From contig CAWDYW010000001.1 in the NCBI GenBank assembly GCA_963806855.1, forward strand, positions 1,344,001 to 1,408,000: a DNA stretch of 64,000 bases. Reading direction: 5' to 3'. The notes beneath the pieces were generated by a model, which saw only the letters and a list, made by a program, of their open reading frames with translations, was not told the origin of the DNA and searched no databases. How positions within the stretch are numbered: position 1 is the first letter of the stretch; each line of letters starts with the position of its first letter. The translations under genes and the position numbers were made by a program. Shown in pieces: positions 59,701 to 64,000 of this stretch. This DNA is from an uncultured Verrucomicrobiae bacterium (GTDB taxonomy: Bacteria > Chlamydiota > Chlamydiia > Chlamydiales > Rhabdochlamydiaceae).

Positions 59701-59961
59701 GTGCCGAATGAAGTTCCGGTTACAATGGAAGAAAAAGAGGGGGTCGTTACCTTTGAAATCCCTCTTGGACCTGATCGAGTGATTAGAATTGAATTGCTCG
59801 CGCGGAAGGAAGAGGAGCAAATCGTTGAGGGCAGATACACAGTCAGCCCTATGACTAATAAAGAAACTGTGATTTTTCAAATCCAAGATGCGGGAAAATT
59901 ATTGGCCCGCCCCACAGGTTCTCTTGCACGCAATGTCTGGATGCTCACCTCTAAAAAATGA
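59701..59961 (+). CDS. Hypothetical protein
   Basis: 86-aa ORF, no motif recognised. Confidence 0.35.
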   Translation: MPNEVPVTMEEKEGVVTFEIPLGPDRVIRIELLARKEEEQIVEGRYTVSPMTNKETVIFQIQDAGKLLARPTGSLARNVWMLTSKK

Positions 59962-60023
59962 AAGATTCGAATCTTCAGGTTGTTTCGATATAGTCGCTAA
60001 GCAAATTATTAAATTTACGAGTG

Positions 60024-60153
60024 GCGCTCGTATTTTGCATCAATTTAATTAGCAATGACTTAAATGTATTTTACGAGCGCAGGTCGATAAAAATACGAGC
60101 GCGCTCGTATTTTGCATCAATTTAATTAGCAATGACTTAAACGTATTTTACGA
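60024..60153. repeat. 53-bp direct repeat x2 with a 24-bp perfect palindrome at the junction
   Basis: Copies 60024-60076 and 60101-60153 (one mismatch); aaaatacgagcgcgctcgtatttt at 60090-60113. Confidence 0.85.
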
Positions 60154-60208
60154 AGGCACATTGGCCCTACATATACTGATAGCTCAAAAAGGATAAAATG
60201 ACCTCCTT

Positions 60209-60910
60209 CTACAAGCTGCCGCCACCATCAATACAAAGAGTTTGGCCGGTGATAAAACCCGCATCTTCTGAAAGGAGAAACTCAATCGTAGCAGCCACTT
60301 CATTTGGCTTGCCAACGCGTCCCATTGGGATTTGATCTAAAAGTTCCTTTTCTTCCTTACTGCCAATAGGACGGATAGAGCGAAACGCGGGTGTTTCAAT
60401 AGGCCCTGGAGCAACTGCATTCACTGTAATACCAAATCCTGCGAGTTCAAGAGCCCATACACGGGTGCAACCGATGATCGCGCTCTTCGCAGCTGCATAA
60501 CTTGTCCGACCGGGCACGCCGAAGATCGCTCTAGAAGCAAGGTTCACAATGCGTCCCCAGCGTCCCTTTTTCATTATTTCAACAAATCCCTGTGTCATTT
60601 GGACTGCAGTGCGCACATTAATATCGTAAAGGGATCGGAGTATATCGAGGTCGATTGAGCCTAAAGGCTGTGGCCCTCCTGCTCCTAAATTGTTCACAAG
60701 AGCGTCGATCTGAAAGTGGGCTAAAATGGTTGCGATGATGGACTCGGTTTCTTTCTCATCGCTTAAATCGCAAGCGAAAAAATCACCGGGAAAACCTTCT
60801 TCTGGTTTGCCACGTGCAATTCCGATCACATGATATCCAGCCTCGGCTAGTCGTCGACTTGTTGCTAATCCAATCCCTTTTGAAGCTCCAGTAATCACTA
60901 CTGTTTTCAT
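60209..60910 (-). CDS. Short-chain dehydrogenase/reductase
   Basis: TGASKGIG, YAAAK, VNAVAPG, ITGQ. Confidence 0.93.
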   Translation of the reverse strand: MKTVVITGASKGIGLATSRRLAEAGYHVIGIARGKPEEGFPGDFFACDLSDEKETESIIATILAHFQIDALVNNLGAGGPQPLGSIDLDILRSLYDINVRTAVQMTQGFVEIMKKGRWGRIVNLASRAIFGVPGRTSYAAAKSAIIGCTRVWALELAGFGITVNAVAPGPIETPAFRSIRPIGSKEEKELLDQIPMGRVGKPNEVAATIEFLLSEDAGFITGQTLCIDGGGSL

Positions 60911-60911
60911 T

Positions 60912-61490
60912 TTAAGATCGAACCACAGCTGCCAAATGGGCCTGATAGCAGTGGTAGCAAGATGGAAGATAGGTCTCTTCTGCGCCTACCTGGATTGCTG
61001 GGCCATCGACCGTTGCGACTCCGTCGACATGCTTAAGATTCATGATCGATTTGCGAGTGCAGAAATGGCAAGTTGCCTTCACCTCTTCAATCGAATCGGC
61101 CAACTCCATCAAACGTCTCGATCCCTCGAAAAGATTGGAGCGAAAATCGGTGCGAAGTCCATAACAAATGACCGGAATGCCGCGGGCGACGCTGATCTCG
61201 CGGAGTTGCTCAATTATAGATGCGGGGAGGAATTGGGCCTCATCGACCAAAATGCAATCGACCCCTTCGTAATCGAGAGAGAGTAGATCGGTGTCGGGAC
61301 GGATGAGAATATCGGCTGTCATCTCAAGGCCGGCGCGCGACTTGATTTGCTCCCTTCCAAAACGGATGTCGAGCTCAGGTTTAAGAAGAAGGATCTCCTT
61401 CCCCTGTTGCCGATAATTGTGGGCCACAGCGAGAAGATTAAGTGTCTTCGCGCTGCCTACGGTGCCATGACGAAAATAGAGCTTTGCCAT
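60912..61490 (-). CDS. tdk: Thymidine kinase
   Basis: MAKLYF..GSAKT, IKSRAGL, LVDEAQFL, YGLRTDF, C-terminal Zn cysteines. Confidence 0.93.
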   Translation of the reverse strand: MAKLYFRHGTVGSAKTLNLLAVAHNYRQQGKEILLLKPELDIRFGREQIKSRAGLEMTADILIRPDTDLLSLDYEGVDCILVDEAQFLPASIIEQLREISVARGIPVICYGLRTDFRSNLFEGSRRLMELADSIEEVKATCHFCTRKSIMNLKHVDGVATVDGPAIQVGAEETYLPSCYHCYQAHLAAVVRS

Positions 61491-61547
61491 ACGGATCTCC
61501 TGGTTTTTTAAAACCACAGATTAATCTGAAAAGCCAGATTTTCGCAA

Positions 61548-62129
61548 CTACCCATTTACCTGAAACGAACCGAAGAATGCATCGGGTTGTACTTTCTCAG
61601 CGACGGCGAGCGGATAGGAGACTGTGATCCGATAGAGGGTATTGCCGACGATCACAAATTTCCCTTCGATCTCTTTGCCAGCTTGTTTAAGATGGTACTC
61701 AAGAGTAGGCAGGCCGCGGAATGAGGTGATCTGTTGCTTGACGAGAGCTTCAACATTTTGCTCGCTCTGAAGAAAGGCATCGAACCCTTTGTTTAGAAGC
61801 TTACTTGTCCCAATCCACTTCCAATGCTTGGGGAAATCGACGTAGCTGATGGCATAGGTGGACTCATTTTGGGCTGAACTGACCTCTTGGAAGGAGAGAT
61901 TTTTACCTGCGATGACAGTCTCCTGGGTTTTTTCGATCGGTTCGGCGGGGAATTGGATTGCAAAACTCTGATCGCTCGCAGTGTACGATTGCCATTCAGG
62001 CTCGGCAGGAACAAGGATCTCTTGCTCCACATTTTTATAGAGTAGACCGACTGTCCCTCCAGCGATAAGGGCGGCGCAAGTCAGAATTAAAATACTTTTT
62101 TTCCAAAACTTTATTTGTTTCACAAACAC
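61548..62129 (-). CDS. Membrane-anchored hypothetical protein (PsbP-like fold possible)
   Basis: N-terminal TM; FAIQFPAEP...LYRITV...FFGSFQV. Confidence 0.6.
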   Translation of the reverse strand: MFVKQIKFWKKSILILTCAALIAGGTVGLLYKNVEQEILVPAEPEWQSYTASDQSFAIQFPAEPIEKTQETVIAGKNLSFQEVSSAQNESTYAISYVDFPKHWKWIGTSKLLNKGFDAFLQSEQNVEALVKQQITSFRGLPTLEYHLKQAGKEIEGKFVIVGNTLYRITVSYPLAVAEKVQPDAFFGSFQVNG

Positions 62130-62244
62130 TCTCCTGGTTTTAATTTATGTCCAAATATAAACTAAATCGGAATAAAATGACAGAGTTTATTACCCCCATA
62201 GGCATATTGAAAAAAATCACACTAAATTTTATACTATTTTGCGT

Positions 62245-62979
62245 ATGGTAGATCCAATAACGCGAATCTCCCCTTCCACCCCCCCACCATCTGAGTCATT
62301 TTCCTCCCCATATGCTCCCCCGCCGACTCCCTCTACGCTCTCTTCTTTGGACGATGGACCAGGCCTTATTATCAGTTTCTTCACAGCAATCGTCTCCTTC
62401 CTAAAGTGGATTTTTGATTTGAATCCCCCTCAAAGCCCCGAGATCGACCTCAACACAGACCCTTCCACCCTTGCGGAGAGCGACCCATTTCGCAATAAAG
62501 TTTTTAATTTCTCGCCAGAAGGGATTCCGAGTCTTAAGTTGCCGCGGAAATATGAGCTCGCCTGTCACATTTTTCAAACATTGGGAGGCGGGGGACCATG
62601 GCATTGGTTAAAAAATAAATGGCACCTCGAGCGGTGGGAAAAAGAACTGATCAGTTTGCCAGGAGACCCCTTCGAGTTTCTATATTTCCTCACCCACAGC
62701 AAGACGATGCTCGAAGCGATGATTTCCTTCAGACAGATCGCAGAGGGTAGCTCCCAGAAGGGAATTTTCTACCTCATTGGACGGCGGCCATGGGCTGAGT
62801 TCATTGCCAAACAGTCAGAAAGCTTTACACTAAGGGGTTCCCCTAAGATGATCCCTGGCTTTTGCCAAATTTTAAGGCTTGACCAAGCGCTTGTCACTTC
62901 CCTCTTTAATGGTCAAAAATGGGAAGAGCTCATTCACTATATTCTAGAGCAGCGAGAGAAGCACCTATCCGTCAATTAG
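62245..62979 (+). CDS. Hypothetical protein with S/P-rich N-terminus (effector-like)
   Basis: About 244 aa, disordered N-terminus, short hydrophobic helix. Confidence 0.6.
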   Translation: MVDPITRISPSTPPPSESFSSPYAPPPTPSTLSSLDDGPGLIISFFTAIVSFLKWIFDLNPPQSPEIDLNTDPSTLAESDPFRNKVFNFSPEGIPSLKLPRKYELACHIFQTLGGGGPWHWLKNKWHLERWEKELISLPGDPFEFLYFLTHSKTMLEAMISFRQIAEGSSQKGIFYLIGRRPWAEFIAKQSESFTLRGSPKMIPGFCQILRLDQALVTSLFNGQKWEELIHYILEQREKHLSVN

Positions 62980-63039
62980 TTATAATTAATTATTTAAAAT
63001 AATTATTATACTTATATAATAAAGAAAAGGAGACGAATT

Positions 63040-63354
63040 ATGAATATTTTCGCTTTGATCAACGCTTTCTTTATGCTAGCTGGCCCTGTTTCAAATGATG
63101 CCAATATTGAAAAAGTGGACTTCCGCGTTAGGACATACTCGTATGGCTCATATTATCCTGAGCCTTACGTTTGTCCGCATGGCTATACCTACGGACCAGG
63201 CTATACCTATCGTCGAGGCTTTAGATTTTATGCGCCTGGATATTTTGGGGCCTACCGATATGGGTGTTATGACAACCAAGGGCGACTCTATCGTCCTCGT
63301 GCCTACTATCGCGACCGGTATTATCCTCGCTATTATTACTATCGCCACAGATAA
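63040..63354 (+). CDS. Small secreted Tyr/Arg/Gly-rich protein
   Basis: AAGGAG RBS, signal-like N-terminus, YYRDRYYPRYYYYRHR tail. Confidence 0.65.
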   Translation: MNIFALINAFFMLAGPVSNDANIEKVDFRVRTYSYGSYYPEPYVCPHGYTYGPGYTYRRGFRFYAPGYFGAYRYGCYDNQGRLYRPRAYYRDRYYPRYYYYRHR

Positions 63355-63363
63355 TCGGAAATT

Positions 63364-64000
63364 ATGGCCAAAATCATTGTAGACCCCTCTCAGGAATATC
63401 TGGAGCAACCAGCTCAGCAGCTGGAGCCATTTTTCAATCCTAAGAGTGTCGCGATCATCGGCGCCACCCAAACTCCCAATACCGTCGGCAATACGCTGAC
63501 AAACAACTTGATCTCGGGAAAATTCAAAGGAAAAATCTATCCGATCAATCCCAAGTATGAGACCCTCTTTGGCCTGAAGTGTTATCCATCGATCGAGGCG
63601 ATTCCTGAAGAGGTCGAGCTCGCTGTCATCATCACGCCTGCCAAAACGATCCCAGCCCTCATCGACCAATGTGTCGCCAAGAAGGTGAAAGGGGCGATCA
63701 TCATCTCCGCCGGCTTTAAAGAGCTAGGGGCCGAGGGGCTAAAGCTAGAAAACGAAGTGCTCCGCAGAGCGCGCGCTGGAAATTTGCGTCTAGTCGGCCC
63801 CAATTGTCTTGGGATCATGAATCCCCTCACCAATTTCAACGCCACCTTTGCCGCTTCGATGGCGCTCAAAGGCAACGTCGCCTTCATCAGCCAATCGGGC
63901 GCCATGTGCACAGCTGTTCTCGACTGGAGCTTGAAGCAAAAGATTGGCTTTAGCGCCTTCGTCTCGATCGGATCGATGGCCGACGTCAACTGGGGCGATC
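63364..64000 (+). CDS. Acetate-CoA ligase (ADP-forming) / PatZ-like protein, N-terminal part; runs off window end
   Basis: Manual translation FFNPKSVAIIGA...IYPINPK...IISAGFKE...LVGPNCLG...FISQSGA. Confidence 0.9.
   Translation, partial: MAKIIVDPSQEYLEQPAQQLEPFFNPKSVAIIGATQTPNTVGNTLTNNLISGKFKGKIYPINPKYETLFGLKCYPSIEAIPEEVELAVIITPAKTIPALIDQCVAKKVKGAIIISAGFKELGAEGLKLENEVLRRARAGNLRLVGPNCLGIMNPLTNFNATFAASMALKGNVAFISQSGAMCTAVLDWSLKQKIGFSAFVSIGSMADVNWGD

Noticed and set aside
60024..60153. Mini-CRISPR (two repeats, one spacer)
   Set aside because: Only two 53-bp units, the spacer contains the repeat's own inverted motif, and there are no cas genes

Overview
64 kb of a bacterial chromosome, most likely an environmental Chlamydiota member. 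The evidence is chlamydial-type fabI, the hemW-CT053-like-sucA-sucB gene order, a SycD/CopB/CopD-like operon and Inc-like proteins. Housekeeping blocks include lpdA/sucAB, hemW, holA, fabI, floA-nfeD, tamAB, mlaEFD, yqgE, yhhQ-tgt, an ABC efflux operon and tdk. They alternate with AT-rich accessory islands carrying an AbiE/ars remnant, paralogous membrane/Inc-like ORFs, and MORN and BTB/LRR-like effector candidates. There is an intact IS200/IS605 element (tnpA+tnpB) whose ends and TTAT target can be deduced, and several palindromic MITE/REP-like families, one nested inside another. The most striking unexplained locus is a translationally coupled run of six paralogous membrane-anchored atypical kinase-fold genes (43136-47921), divergent from an Inc-like/GNAT fusion. 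About 15 single-base frameshifts, many in homopolymers and some in conserved genes, suggest residual long-read sequencing error. No rRNA, tRNA or CRISPR array was seen.
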